Below the pieces are notes generated by a model. That model was not told the DNA's origin, made no database searches, and saw nothing but the letters and a program-made list of their open reading frames with translations. 64,000 nucleotides of DNA from Eledone cirrhosa. Its lineage: Eukaryota. Positions 13,219 to 25,990 of this stretch are shown one piece after another. The stretch spans positions 71,486,001-71,550,000 of the forward strand of contig OZ024742.1 of NCBI GenBank assembly GCA_964016885.1, in the 5' to 3' direction. The number at the start of each line of letters is the position of its first letter. Within the stretch, counting starts at the first letter, position 1. The translations under genes were made by a program, and so were the position numbers.

Positions 13219-14800
13219 GCTACAGCTACAATGTCTACAGCTGTAGATGTCCTCTATGTCTACAGCTGTAGATGCCCTCTTCTATGTCCGCAGCTACTAT
13301 GTCTACAGCTGTAGATGCCCTCTTCTATGTCTGCAGCTACTATGTCTACAGCTGTAGATGTCCTCTTCTATGTCTGCAGCTACTATGTCTACAGCTGTAG
13401 ATGCCCTCCTCTATGTCTGTAGCTACTATGTCTACAGCTGTAGATGCCCTCCTCTATGTCTACAGCTGTAGATGTCCTCCTCTATGTCTGCAGCTACTAT
13501 GTCTACAGCTGTAGATGCCCTCTTCTATGTCCGCAGCTACTATGTCTACAGCTGTAGATGCCCTCTTCTATGTCTGCAGCTACTATGTCTACAGCTGTAG
13601 ATGTCCTCTTCTATGTCTGCAGCTACTATGTCTACAGCTGTAGATGCCCTCCTCTATGTCTGTAGCTACTATGTCTACAGCTGTAGATGCCCTCCTCTAT
13701 GTCTACAGCTGTAGATGTCCTCCTCTATGTCTGCAGCTACTATGTCTACAGCTGTAGATGCCCTCTTCTATGTCCGCAGCTACTATGTCTACAGCTGTAG
13801 ATGCCCTCTTCTATGTCTGCAGCTACTATGTCTACAGCTGTAGATGTCCTCTTCTATGTCTGCAGCTACTATGTCTACAGCTGTAGATGCCCTCCTCTAT
13901 GTCTGTAGCTACTATGTCTACAGCTGTAGATGCCCTCCTCTATGTCTACAGCTGTAGATGTCCTCCTCTATGTCTGCAGCTACTATGTCTACAGCTGTAG
14001 ATGCCCTCCTCTATGTCTACAGCTGTAGATGTCCTCCTCTATGTCTGCAGCTACTATGTCTACAGCTGTAGATGTCCTCTTCTATGTCTGCAGCTACTAT
14101 GTCTACAGCTGTAGATGTCCTCTTCTATATCTACAGCTACTATGTCTACAGCTGTAGATGCCCTCTTCTATGTCTGCAGCTACTGTGTCTACAGCTGTAG
14201 ATCTCTTCTATGTCTACAGCTACTATGTCTACAGCTGTAGATGCCCTCCTCTATGTCTGCAGCTACTATGTCTACAGCTGCAGATGTCCTCCTCTATGTC
14301 TGCAGCTACTATGTCTACAGCTGTAGATGCCCTCCTCTATGTCTACAGCTGTAGATGCCCTCTTCTATGTCTGCAGCTACTATGTCTACAGCTGTAGATG
14401 TCCTCCTCTATGTCTACAGCTGCAGATGTCCTCCTCTATGTCTACAGCTGTAGATGTCCTCCTCTATGTCTACAGCTGTAGATGTCCTCTTCATGTCTGC
14501 AGCTACTATGTCTACAGCTGTAGATGCCCTCCTCTATGTCTGCAGCTACTATGTCTACAGCTGTAGATGTCCTCCTCTATGTCTACAGCTGTAGATCTCC
14601 TCTTCTATATCTACAGCTGTAGATCTCCTCTTCTATATCTACAGCTACTATGTCTACAGCTGTAGATGCCCTCTTCTATGTCTGCAGCTACTATGTCTAC
14701 AGCTGTAGATGTCCTCTTCTATGCCTGCAGCTACTGTGTCTACAGCTGTAGATGCCCTCTTCTATGCCTGCAGCTACTGTGTCTACAGCTGTGGATATCC
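13219..14800. repeat. Minisatellite with 43-bp and 28-bp units, palindromic core and 243-bp higher-order repeat
   Basis: Unit GTCTACAGCTGTAGATGCCCTCTTCTATGTCTGCAGCTACTAT. The rare CCG variant recurs at 13288, 13531 and 13774. Confidence 0.96.
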
Positions 14801-15129
14801 TTGTCTGTGTCCCCCATCACCACCACCACTATCCTTTTACACCCACTTTCCATGCTCTAATGACTGAAGCTGTAATAAAACGTAGATGAACTGAAGAAAA
14901 TAATTTATTTTAAAAATGGCAACTACGCAGCACTTAAATCAGACTACCCCACTCTGCTTTTATATCTAGATTGGTGTTTTGTAACACTGTCACCACTCCC
15001 ATCCTCAATATTTACACTCCTGTTTACAGTATTCATGGTATGGAACAACACATGATATTGTACAAGGTGGTGGTATGGTATGAAACAACATACACAATTT
15101 AATTCTGACAACTTGTTATACTGAGTTTA

Positions 15130-15285
15130 CCACTGCCACCACCAACACTACCACTACACCATTACCATCCACCACAATCACCATCATCATCATCATCATC
15201 ACCAACACCACCACCACCATCTCCATCACCAATACCACCATCTCCATCACCAATACCACCATTATCACCACCATCCACCACTGCT
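15130..15285. repeat. (CAC/CAT)n low-complexity tract
   Basis: Directly visible. Confidence 0.85.
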
Positions 15286-15671
15286 CTTAATAATCCACCA
15301 GACTATAGAAGACAACAAAAGCAAATGGTGGAAGTGCTAGTGTTATTATACATCAGCAGGAGAAATGGTAAACATGTTAGTTCTGTTTCTTCCCTACCCC
15401 TTGCTTCTTCTCCCACCTCCAACATCCGCCCCCCACTCCTTAATTTTCCTGTCTTTCTACCAATCAGCTGTGCTGCCTCTTTACTAAATCAATCACTTCA
15501 ATATAAACAGAAAAGAAAAAATTTAATTGAAAAAGTTACAGAAAAAGTGTTCTTTTCTTCTGGTGCATTCTGTCCATGTAAGTTTATGTTGAACAAAATA
15601 TTTCAAACAATGTTCTCACCGGAATATAGTAATTCTTATATCACCTCTTTGCTTCTATTATACAAATCTGT

Positions 15672-15889
15672 TTAACCCTTCCATTACGATATTTCTAAGG
15701 AAAGACACTATTTATGGCTTTGAAATAATTTTGAAAATAATCAAGAATTATTCATTATTAATCTAATGTTTGGAATATGACTCAAAGGTTCTTGCATATA
15801 ATTATGATGGAAGGTTTTTACATAAATATAAGCACCTTATAACAAACAGCTTTGGGTGGTTTGAGGTGATTTGATATCGAAACAGTTAA
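15672..15889. mobile_element. Possible piggyBac-like MITE
   Basis: Begins TTAACCCTT and ends AACAGTTAA. Related AT-rich internal sequence with (G)GGTTAA-like ends occurs at ~10200-10330, 10850-11018, 15990-16070 and 43250-43590. Confidence 0.45.
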
Positions 15890-16329
15890 AGTGTATATAT
15901 ATAAATTTTTATTGTCAATTATACTTTTATTTAAAAACTTTTAGTTAAGTTATATTCCAAATATTGGATAAGTTATTTTGCTAAATCCTTCCAAATTATT
16001 GATCACTCTAAAAATTAATTGAAACATATTAACAGTATTTCACTAGAAATACGACCACACATGGGTTAGAATAATAGCACAACTTTGGAGTGGAAGGTTA
16101 CAGTTGCTTGAATTGGTTCTTATACCTGGTAGATTATTGATCCCAAGAAGAACACAAAGCAAAGTTTACTCCATCAGTATTTGTATAAAGTGAAACTAAT
16201 TAATGTAAGGTTTGAATGTGTGAAAGCGAAGTAGAATGAGATGGCTTGGTCATGTGTTGAGCAAGGATGAATGAGATTGAGTGAAAAGAGTGGTCGAAGA
16301 AAATGGAGGAATGGGAAGACCAAAAAATA

Positions 16330-16670
16330 GCTGGCTTTTTACGAGGCTGTATCTCATAGGAAGTTTCTCGGATATTTTAATAAGATCCCTAGTCCTATCA
16401 TGTTGTTATCATAGCTCACACCTATGTAGGTTTAACTGGCTTTTTACCATGTTGCATCTCATAGAAGAAGGTGTTTTAATGATAGGGGCCCCAGTTCTAT
16501 CATGACCAGATGTCAATCTGTTGTAGGGATTAATTCACAGCTGCTACCGGTACTCATTTTACAGCAATGTAAAATGAAGCACCTTGCTCACAGACATTAT
16601 AAGCCACCAGATCCAGGAATTGAAACCATGGCCTTAAGATTATGAGTTCAGCACCATAACCATTAGGTCA
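16330..16670 (-). mobile_element. Decayed family-A SINE with two tail modules
   Basis: Reverse complement of the 105-bp module, twice, plus CCTTGCTCA..GGAATTGAA head remnants. Confidence 0.6.
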
Positions 16671-17269
16671 CTGCTGTCACCTTTTAAAAAGCAGCAATTT
16701 GGCAGATCCATTAGGGTATCATACACAATTCCTTGTGGCATTTGTTCTGGTTCTCTGTACTCTGAGTTCAAATCCCACAGAGATCAACTTTGCTTTTCAT
16801 TATTTGGGGATTGATAAAGTAGCAGTCCAATCTAGTAGATTGGTAGAATTGGTTGTGCATTGAACAGGATAATTTGTAGTATCCATTCCAGATCTGAGTT
16901 CAAATCTTACTTCCTGTTATCAGAAAAATGGTGACTTGATCAGTAAAACTCTCCCTAAAAAATATACAAAATGCAATGTTGTAGAAGGCTATCATAGTTT
17001 GAGCCATAACAACAATAGTAACCCATATCTCCTCTCATTCAAACATGCACACACACACAAAGCACTCGAACACACTCATACATACATATATACATGCATG
17101 GCATGCATGGTCCTAAAACTTTTGATGGAATTGAAGGGGTGCCATATTGACATTTCTAGGGCATCTTAAAACCTGGTGGAGCCCATTTCCTCTCTAGGTC
17201 TGAACATAGCAGATTTCTTCTAGAAAAGGATAGAGAGTGAAAGAATGGAAATGAGAAAGAGATGTAGTG

Positions 17270-17440
17270 GAAGAATCGACCTCAGTCCTATACTGGTACT
17301 TTTTTATCGACCTCGAATAGATGAAAGGCAAAGTTGACCTCAGCGGGATTTGAACTCAGAGAGTAGAGAGAGAAAACGAATATGGTACGAATAACCGAAA
17401 TGAATTTTTGGTGTTCTAACGACTCTGCCAATTCGCTGCC
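17270..17440 (-). mobile_element. SINE family B (Meta-domain-like core)
   Basis: Reverse complement of GAGTTCAAATCCCGCTGAGGTCAACTTTGCCTTTCATC..GGTCGATAAAA..GTACCAG. Confidence 0.8.
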
Positions 17441-17983
17441 ACACACACACACACACACACGCACACCGCTCTGCACATAATTCCAATAGAAAACACTAGA
17501 CAATCTAGTGAAGGGATAAATAATTAGCTTATGTGACAACTTAGTACTGACCTTCATTACTGACCTTATGTGACTTTCTAATTAGCAATTTAAGAAAAAA
17601 AATCCGTCGATAATTTACATTAGCTTCAATTATAAATTACACTTCCTCTGCCAAATACAACAGAAAATACCAATTATGATGGATATACACACCAAGAAAT
17701 ATATTATTATATTTTCCTTTGATTTCACCTTATATACAATGACTACTAAGTATCAACCAGATACTTAGGGCACGCATCATTGGTTTTTGACAGTTTATTA
17801 CTTTTTTTTTTCTCCTTACATTCACTTAACAAATCACATCACAAAAATTGATAAGTAAATAAGTTTGAAAAATTGAGAAAATAAATATTTAAAGGTAGGA
17901 GTAGGAGGCGATAAAAAGAAGTATTAAAGAGTATAAAAGCTATGATTTAATTTTGTATTAAGGATATTTGAAAAGATTGCGTG

Positions 17984-18165
17984 TTGATTGGTAGAGGGTC
18001 TGACGCCATGCTTTGCAGCAAAAGAGTTACAGTCCTTTATGGGTCTGAGTTCAAATCCCGCTGAGGTTAACTTTGCCTTTCATTCTTACGGGGTCGATAA
18101 AATAAAGCATCAGTTATACACTGGGATAATTGCTGGCCTTGTGCCAAAAGTAGAAACAAAATATT
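17984..18165 (+). mobile_element. SINE family B
   Basis: GATTGGTAGAG..GAGTTCAAATCCCGCTGAGGTTAACTTTGCCTTTCAT..GGGGTCGATAAAATAAAG..AATTGCTGGCCTTGTGCCAAAAGTAGAAAC. Confidence 0.82.
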
Positions 18166-18189
18166 ACAGAAACATTTATGAAATATATG

Positions 18190-19270
18190 AGTGGTTCTTG
18201 TTAACTATCTTTTGGATTTCATTGATGCTAGGTTTACCAGGTATGTTTTCCAGAAACTTTTGAATACCTTTCTTTATGACACTTAGTGTTCCTATCATTA
18301 CCAAAATAGTTTAGGTTTTAAGGTACCACATTCCGTTTATCTCAGTTTCTAGATCTTTATATTTTGCAAGATTTTCATGTTCCTTTGCTAACATATTTTT
18401 ATCAGACAGTACAGTCATGTCTATGAGTAAGCAGATCTTGTTTTTAAAATCTTTAATAATAATTGTTTCTACTTTTGGCACAAGGCCAGAAATTATGCCA
18501 GTGTATTACTGGTACTTTAATAATAATAATATCAGGGTGGTTTGCATTAATAGTGCAATCTGTGTGAATGGTAAAATCCTAAAGGATTGTTACTCTTTCA
18601 GTTATTGGTTGTGGTTTATGTTCATACCAATTTGTTGGTATGTTCTGCATTGTACTGTTTGCATATTATCCAGTGGATATATTGCCACCCTATCATGTCT
18701 AATCTTATATTCATTTTGTGTTAGTGTGGGGAATCCTGATATTATATGGTCAATTGTTTCAACTGTACATCACATATCCTGCATTTGGGGTCTGCTCCAT
18801 TGAGAATATTTCCCAGATAATTCCAAGTAAAAAAGATCTGGACCCTGGCAGCAAAACTAAAGCTTTCTGTTTCAGCCTTTAATTCTGAACTTTACAGCCA
18901 CTGATGTGTTAGGGCTTGATCCACATCAGTGTCTTGAGTGCAAAGTGGGAAATGGCCATGCAGAGGTTTTTGTTACCATCTTTCTCTAAATGTTTTTAGA
19001 CCTTCTTAGACTTGCTTCTGCAGATTTTTGCTGCTTTAGTTGGAATTAGGTCAGCTTCACTATTTAGAAGCATGTCTTCAATTTTTAGTTCTTTCCTATA
19101 CTTTCCTGCCTCTTTGTGTACTGAATGGAGTTTCTTTTGGTTTTTGTGATCCCTAAGTATGTAGCCATTGCTGCTAGCTATGTTTGTAAGTCTATTATAG
19201 CTATTTTGTAGGACAGTTCCAGTTGGCAAATATAGACTGAATTGGATCAATTCATCTAATTATGCCTATT
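18190..19270 (-). mobile_element. R4/Dong-like non-LTR remnant (zinc knuckle plus RLE), interrupted by a SINE-B tail at ~18455-18520
   Basis: Minus-strand translation gives decayed AETESF.., ETIDHIISG.PTL..EYKIRHDRVA, DFTIHTD..NHPDIII, KEHENLAKYKDLETEINGMW and IGTLSVIKK, the C-terminal RLE layout of the R4 clade. Confidence 0.7.
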
Positions 19271-19384
19271 TCCAGCCAGCTATTAATAGATATGTGCTGG
19301 ATCTTCATTGGCTCTGATCATCAGTGTTCCAGTTGTAAAATTAATGGAACAACCTGCTCATGAAATTGACTGAGCATTCTACAA

Positions 19385-19830
19385 ACATCATCATTTAATG
19401 TCCACTTTCCCTGCTAGCAAGGGTTGGATGGGTCTATATAGAATAAGTCAGTACTGAAGTGGGGCTACTGATCTCCCAGGCAGGTCGAGGGGTCTGTATC
19501 CCTCATACGTACGGTTATTTTGAGTGCAGAGGAAAAGTTGGCGTGTTTTTTTTTTTTACAAACTGAAGGGTCCTCCTAACCTCTTGTTTGGCAAACTTTC
19601 TATGGTTAGATGCCCTTCCTAACACCAACCACTTTACAGCATGTACTGGATGTTTTTATTGTGTAGATCACCAGCACTAGGGAGACTGTCATGTCCTTAA
19701 CACAACTAAAGGGTCCTCCCAACCTTTTGTTTTGCAAGTTTTCTCTGGCTGGATGACCTTCCTATCATTAACCACTTTACAGCATGTACTGAGTGCATTT
19801 ATCATGTAGATCACCAAAACTAGAAAAGTT
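19385..19830 (-). mobile_element. Old RTE-type 3' UTR fragments
   Basis: CATCATTTAATGTCC..CCCTGCTAGCAAGGGTTGG and two GATGCCCTTCCT..CAACCACTTTACAG motifs. Confidence 0.6.
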
Positions 19831-20424
19831 GTTGTGTATAGACATGTATACCATTAATATAGTTCTCAGGAAGATTCAGTGGGACATGGCTGAGCAACAT
19901 GAAATAAAGTGTTGTTCTTGTTCAAGGACAGCGTGTTGCCAGGAATTGAATTCACAAAAATATGATCATTCACAGTTTTAGAATAAAGACTAATATTTAA
20001 TGTGCTATAGTCATAATGCAGTTTTGTACATTTCAAGAATGTCTTGCTAATGTGGTTTCATGTGATACAGGTTATTAAATGTTAAACTTTATTTTCTTTC
20101 TATAATTGGCTTTATTATCCTTCAATTAATTTGTAATTATTAAATAAATAATTATATGTTGACTGACTCTGTAAACGTTATGTAGTAATCAAGGCCTCAT
20201 AGATAGTAGTAGTAGTGAACTATACTGCAGATAATGAGGATGATGTTGGTAGTGGTAACTATGGTGGTGGTGGCAGTGATGATGATGATGGTACTGGTAT
20301 TGATGATGGTACTATGCTCAGGTGTAACTTTTTTGTGTCTTAGTTTCTTTTTTTTTAATCTTGAAATTTCTCCTATAGAGAAATTAGGCTAACCTTCATT
20401 GGATGTGTTTACCTTACTGTACGA

Positions 20425-23400
20425 CAACCATACTGTAAATTTACCATACTCTACATCTACCATTCACTACATCCACAATACTGTACATTTACCATACACT
20501 GCTTCCACCATACTGCAGATTTACCATACTCTACGTCCACCATACTGTAGATTTACCATACACTACATCTACCATACTGTAGATTTACCATACTGTACAT
20601 CTACCATACACTACATCTACCACACTCTACATCCACCATACTGTAGATTTATTATACTGTATATCTACCACACTCTAAATCTACCACACTCTACAACTAC
20701 CACACTCTGCAACTACCACACTCTGCAACTACCACACTCTACAACTACCACACTCTACAACTACCACACTCTACAACTACCACACTCTACAACTACCACA
20801 CTCTGCAGCTACCACACTCTGCAACTACCACACTCTGCAACTACCACACTCTGCAACTACCACACTCTACAACTACCACACTCTACAACTACCACACTCT
20901 ACAACTACCACACTCTACAACTACCACACTCTGCAACTACCACACTCTGCAACTACCACACTCTGCAACTACCACACTCTGCAACTACCACACTCTGCAA
21001 CTACCACACTCTGCAACTACCACACTCTGCAACTACCACACTCTGCAACTACCACACTCTGCAACTACCACACTCTGCAACTACCACACTCTGCAACTAC
21101 CACACTCTGCAACTACCACACTCTGCAACTACCACACTCTGCAACTACCACACTCTACAACTACCACACTCTGCAACTACCACACTCTGCAACTACCACA
21201 CTCTACAACTACCACACTCTACAACTACCACACTCTACAACTACCACACTCTACAACTACCACACTCTGCAACTACCACACTCTGCAACTACCACACCCT
21301 GCAACTACCACACTCTACAACTACCACACTCTGCAACTACCACACTCTGCAACTACCACACTCTACAACTACCACACTCTACAACTACCACACTCTGCAA
21401 CTACCACACTCTGCAACTACCACACTCTGCAACTACCACACTCTGCAACTACCACACTCTGCAACTACCACACTCTGCAACTACCACACTCTACAACTAC
21501 CACACTCTGCAACTACCACACTCTGCAACTACCACACTCTGCAACTACCACACTCTGCAACTACCACACTCTGCAACTACCACACTCTGCAACTACCACA
21601 CTCTACAACTACCACACTCTGCAACTACCACACTCTGCAACTACCACACTCTACAACTACCACACTCTACAACTACCACACTCTGCAACTACCACATTCT
21701 ACATTTACCACACTCTACAACTACCACACTCTGCAACTACCACACTCTGCAGCTACCACACTCTGCAGCTACCACACCCTGCAACTACCACACTCTGCAA
21801 CTACCACACTCTGCAACTACCACACTCTGCAACTACCACACTCTGCAACTACCACACTCTACAACTACCACACTCTACAACTACCACACTCTGCAACTAC
21901 CACACTCTGCAACTACCACACTCTGCAACTACCACACTCTGCAACTACCACACTCTGCAACTACCACACTCTGCAACTACCACACTCTACAACTACCACA
22001 CTCTACAACTACCACACTCTGCAACTACCACACTCTGCAACTACCACACTCTGCAACTACCACACTCTGCAACTACCACACTCTACAACTACCACACTCT
22101 ACAACTACCACACTCTACAACTACCACACTCTACAACTACCACACTCTGCAACTACCACACTCTACAACTACCACACTCTACAACTACCACACTCTACAA
22201 CTACCACACTCTACAACTACCACACTCTGCAACTACCACACTCTGCAACTACCACACTCTACAACTACCACACTCTGCAACTACCACACTCTGCAACTAC
22301 CACACTCTACAACTACCACACTCTACAACTACCACACTCTACAACTACCACACTCTACAACTACCACACTCTGCAACTACCACACTCTACAACTACCACA
22401 CTCTGCAACTACCACACTCTGCAACTACCACACTCTGCAACTACCACACTCTGCAACTACCACACTCTACAACTACCACACTCTACAACTACCACACTCT
22501 ACAACTACCACACTCTGCAACTACCACACTCTGCAACTACCACACTCTACAACTACCACACTCTACAACTACCACACTCTACAACTACCACACTCTACAA
22601 CTACCACACTCTGCAACTACCACACTCTACAACTACCACACTCTGCAACTACCACACTCTACAACTACCACACTCTACAACTACCACACTCTACAACTAC
22701 CACACTCTGCAACTACCACACTCTGCAACTACCACACTCTACAACTACCACACTCTACAACTACCACACTCTACAACTACCACACTCTACAACTACCACA
22801 CTCTGCAACTACCACACTCTGCAACTACCACACTCTACAACTACCACACTCTGCAACTACCACACTCTGCAACTACCACACTCTACAACTACCACACTCT
22901 ACAACTACCACACTCTACAACTACCACACTCTGCAACTACCACACTCTACAACTACCACACTCTGCAGCTACCACACCATGCAACTACCACACTCTACAA
23001 CTACCACACTCTGCAACTACCACACTCTGCAACTACCACACTCTGCAACTACCACACTCTGCAACTACCACACTCTACAACTACCACACTCTGCAACTAC
23101 CACACTCTGCAACTACCACACTCTGCAACTACCACACTCTACAACTACCACACTCTGCAACTACCACACTCTGCAACTACCACACTCTGCAACTACCACA
23201 CTCTACAACTACCACACTCTGCAACTACCACACTCTGCAACTACCACACTCTGCAACTACCACACTCTGCAACTACCACACTCTACAACTACCACACTCT
23301 GCAACTACCACACTCTACAACTACCACACTCTGCAACTACCACACTCTGCAACTACCACACTCTGCAACTACCACACTCTGCAACTACCACACTCTACAA

Positions 23401-24030
23401 CTACCACACTCTGCAACTACCACACTCTGCAACTACCACACTCTGCAACTACCACACTCTACAACTACCACACTCTGCAACTACCACACTCTACAACTAC
23501 CACACTCTACAACTACCACACTCTGCAACTACCACACTCTGCAACTACCACACTCTGCAACTACCACACTCTGCAACTACCACACTCTGCAACTACCACA
23601 CTCTGCAACTACCACACTCTGCAACTACCACACTCTGCAACTACCACACCCTGCAACTACCACATTCTACATTTACCACACTCTACAACTACCACACTCT
23701 GCAACTACCACACTCTGCAGCTACCACACTCTGCAGCTAACACACTCTGCAACTACCACACTCTGCAACTACCACACTCTGCAACTACCACACTCTGCAA
23801 CTACCACACTCTGCAACTACCACACTCTGCAACTACCACACTCTGCAACTACCACACTCTGCAACTACCACATTCTACATTTACCACACTCTACATTTAC
23901 CACATTCTACATTTACCACATTCTACATTTACCACATTCTACATTTACCACATTCTACATTTACCACATTCTACATTTACCACACTCTACATTTACCACA
24001 CTCTACATCTACCATGCTGTACAACTACCA
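20425..24030. repeat. 16-bp minisatellite (CTCT[G/A]CAACTACCACA), about 200 units, with diverged edges
   Basis: Homogeneous core at ~20680-23880. Degenerate CCATACTGTAGATTTA units on the left and CCACATTCTACATTTA units on the right. Confidence 0.98.
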
Positions 24031-25821
24031 TAACTGTGTATATATATATATATATATATGTGTGTGTCACCTAGATAATAGCAACTATCAACTACATCTA
24101 TTGAGCCATATCTATTTCTAAACCTAGAAATAATGTTACTCTTGTAAACTTTAGTATACATATTTGAAAACTCTGTTGATTTTTACTCTAAAAAATGTAT
24201 TAGAATAAAGAAAACCCTCCCAAAACCCAATATTTCCATAATTTCTTATTTGTTTTTTAATTCCAGATTATAGTGAAGAGCAGAACAATTCTGCGAATTT
24301 GGGGCTGTTTGTTTTCCCTTGGGTTACACGTGAATAATGCTGTTTTTACTTTTGCTTTTGCCCTTCGTAGAATCTAAAGGTAAGCTGTTTACTTCCATAC
24401 TATGTCTGTTAAGTATTTCTGTAGATTTCTGCTTTTCTTGCCAGATAAACTGCTTTTCAAAAATTGCTGCTGCTTCTTCTCCCTCCTGGCCCTGACCAGT
24501 GAATCTGCTGTAATGTGAACAGAAGCTGATAATGTTTCATGGTCACAGATGTTCAATGTGGATATTGTCAATTTGTCATGATTTCAGCTGCAAGCACCAT
24601 ATATGTGAGGATCACGTAATTTACGATCAAACTTATTTTAATCCATATTTTCAGCTGTCCATTTTGCCGTTTACACCATCTGATGAAGTGGGGGTGGGCT
24701 TTGGTATTCGTGAGTTTGTCTCCAACAGAGAGTTGGAACAAACTGATGGAGGTGCTTTTGAGAGCTTTCGAATGGAATCATTCCAGTAATGATGCTGAAC
24801 TTGAGAGTTTGACAGGAAATCCATAATGTCTCATTATCAAGTTGATGTTTGGAATACAGCGTTCTTTAACTATTTACTGCTTAGTGTTAATTCTTTCCAC
24901 TACATTTTTACAGGAAAAATGTTTGGACATTAGAATAACATTACTTTTTGCAAGTAATTTACATTAAAATAATTTACATAACATTACTGTATGCAAGTAA
25001 TATTTGGCAGATGTGGAATTACTGATAACTAAACTCTGTGTGAGTATGTGTTTAATATTTTGCATTAATAATATTCTTTACCTTCACCAATAAATATTTC
25101 CCTCTGTATAGTGGTTCTAGAAGATATCACAAGATTCTTACATAACATTATAATAGGAAGTTTTTAATGAAATATGAACTCTTTAAAATAGAGTTTTAGT
25201 CTTAAAACCAGAGGTTATTTCAGACAATGTTTTAAATGTATATTTTAGATTGCCTCACTGGATGAATTGCTACAGGGGCTGGTTGTAGTAGCTTTTCTCT
25301 ATGCAGCAACAGTCATGTAGTGAATACAATCATCTGATTTAAACTTTTGTTCCCAGGTTGGCTAAGTAAGTCAGTGTGACCACACATGCTGACCTTTTGC
25401 TCCCGTAGGTATTCAGTTACTTTGTTCGGGACTGGTGTCACCAGGTTGTCTGGAGGAGTGGCCAACTGGAGATCATCTGCAGATTGTTGGGACATTGCTT
25501 TAGCTTCATAATTTTAGCCTGCCCTCGCCAGTAGAGGTAGGCAGTCAATCTTTTGATCCACTAAACAGAACAATGTAGTTGTCAATCAGACACTCACTTC
25601 GACCCTCTCAGCCAGCAGGCCGAGGCAGCTATACTTCCGATCGACTTTAACAAAGGTTAGTCACATGCATCTTTTCGGACTATGCGCACACATATACATA
25701 TCACACAATTCAACTGTGAAAATCTTTGTTTTCCTATATTGTCACAATAACTTTGAAGCAAATTATTCAATTTATATTCCATTTATCTATTATATAATTT
25801 TAAACAAGTTAATTAATTGTT

Positions 25822-25887
25822 TGCGGCTCGGTATCAAATGATCCAGAGACAGGTACTGGTCTGCGGCCCGGTGGTTGGGGACCTCTG
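25822..25887 (-). mobile_element. Single end of a hAT-type DNA transposon/MITE
   Basis: Minus strand begins CAGAGGTCCCCAACCACCGGGCCGCAGACCAGTACC, a typical hAT/Charlie-like terminus. No partner TIR was seen. Confidence 0.6.
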
Positions 25888-25990
25888 GTTTATAGGACTC
25901 CACTTTCCTCTCCTCTATAAACATTAACTGTAATCTATGAGATACTATATTACCTGATACCAGTTTTACTATATAAAAAAAAAACACACT

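Noticed and set aside
13219-14800. CRISPR-like array with palindromic repeats
   Set aside because: The intervening sequences are repeated rather than unique spacers. The context is eukaryotic and has no cas genes.
20399-23740. 1113-aa ORF as a mucin-like or structural protein
   Set aside because: It is a translation of a 16-bp repeat cycling through all three frames. There is no unique domain and no true ATG start.
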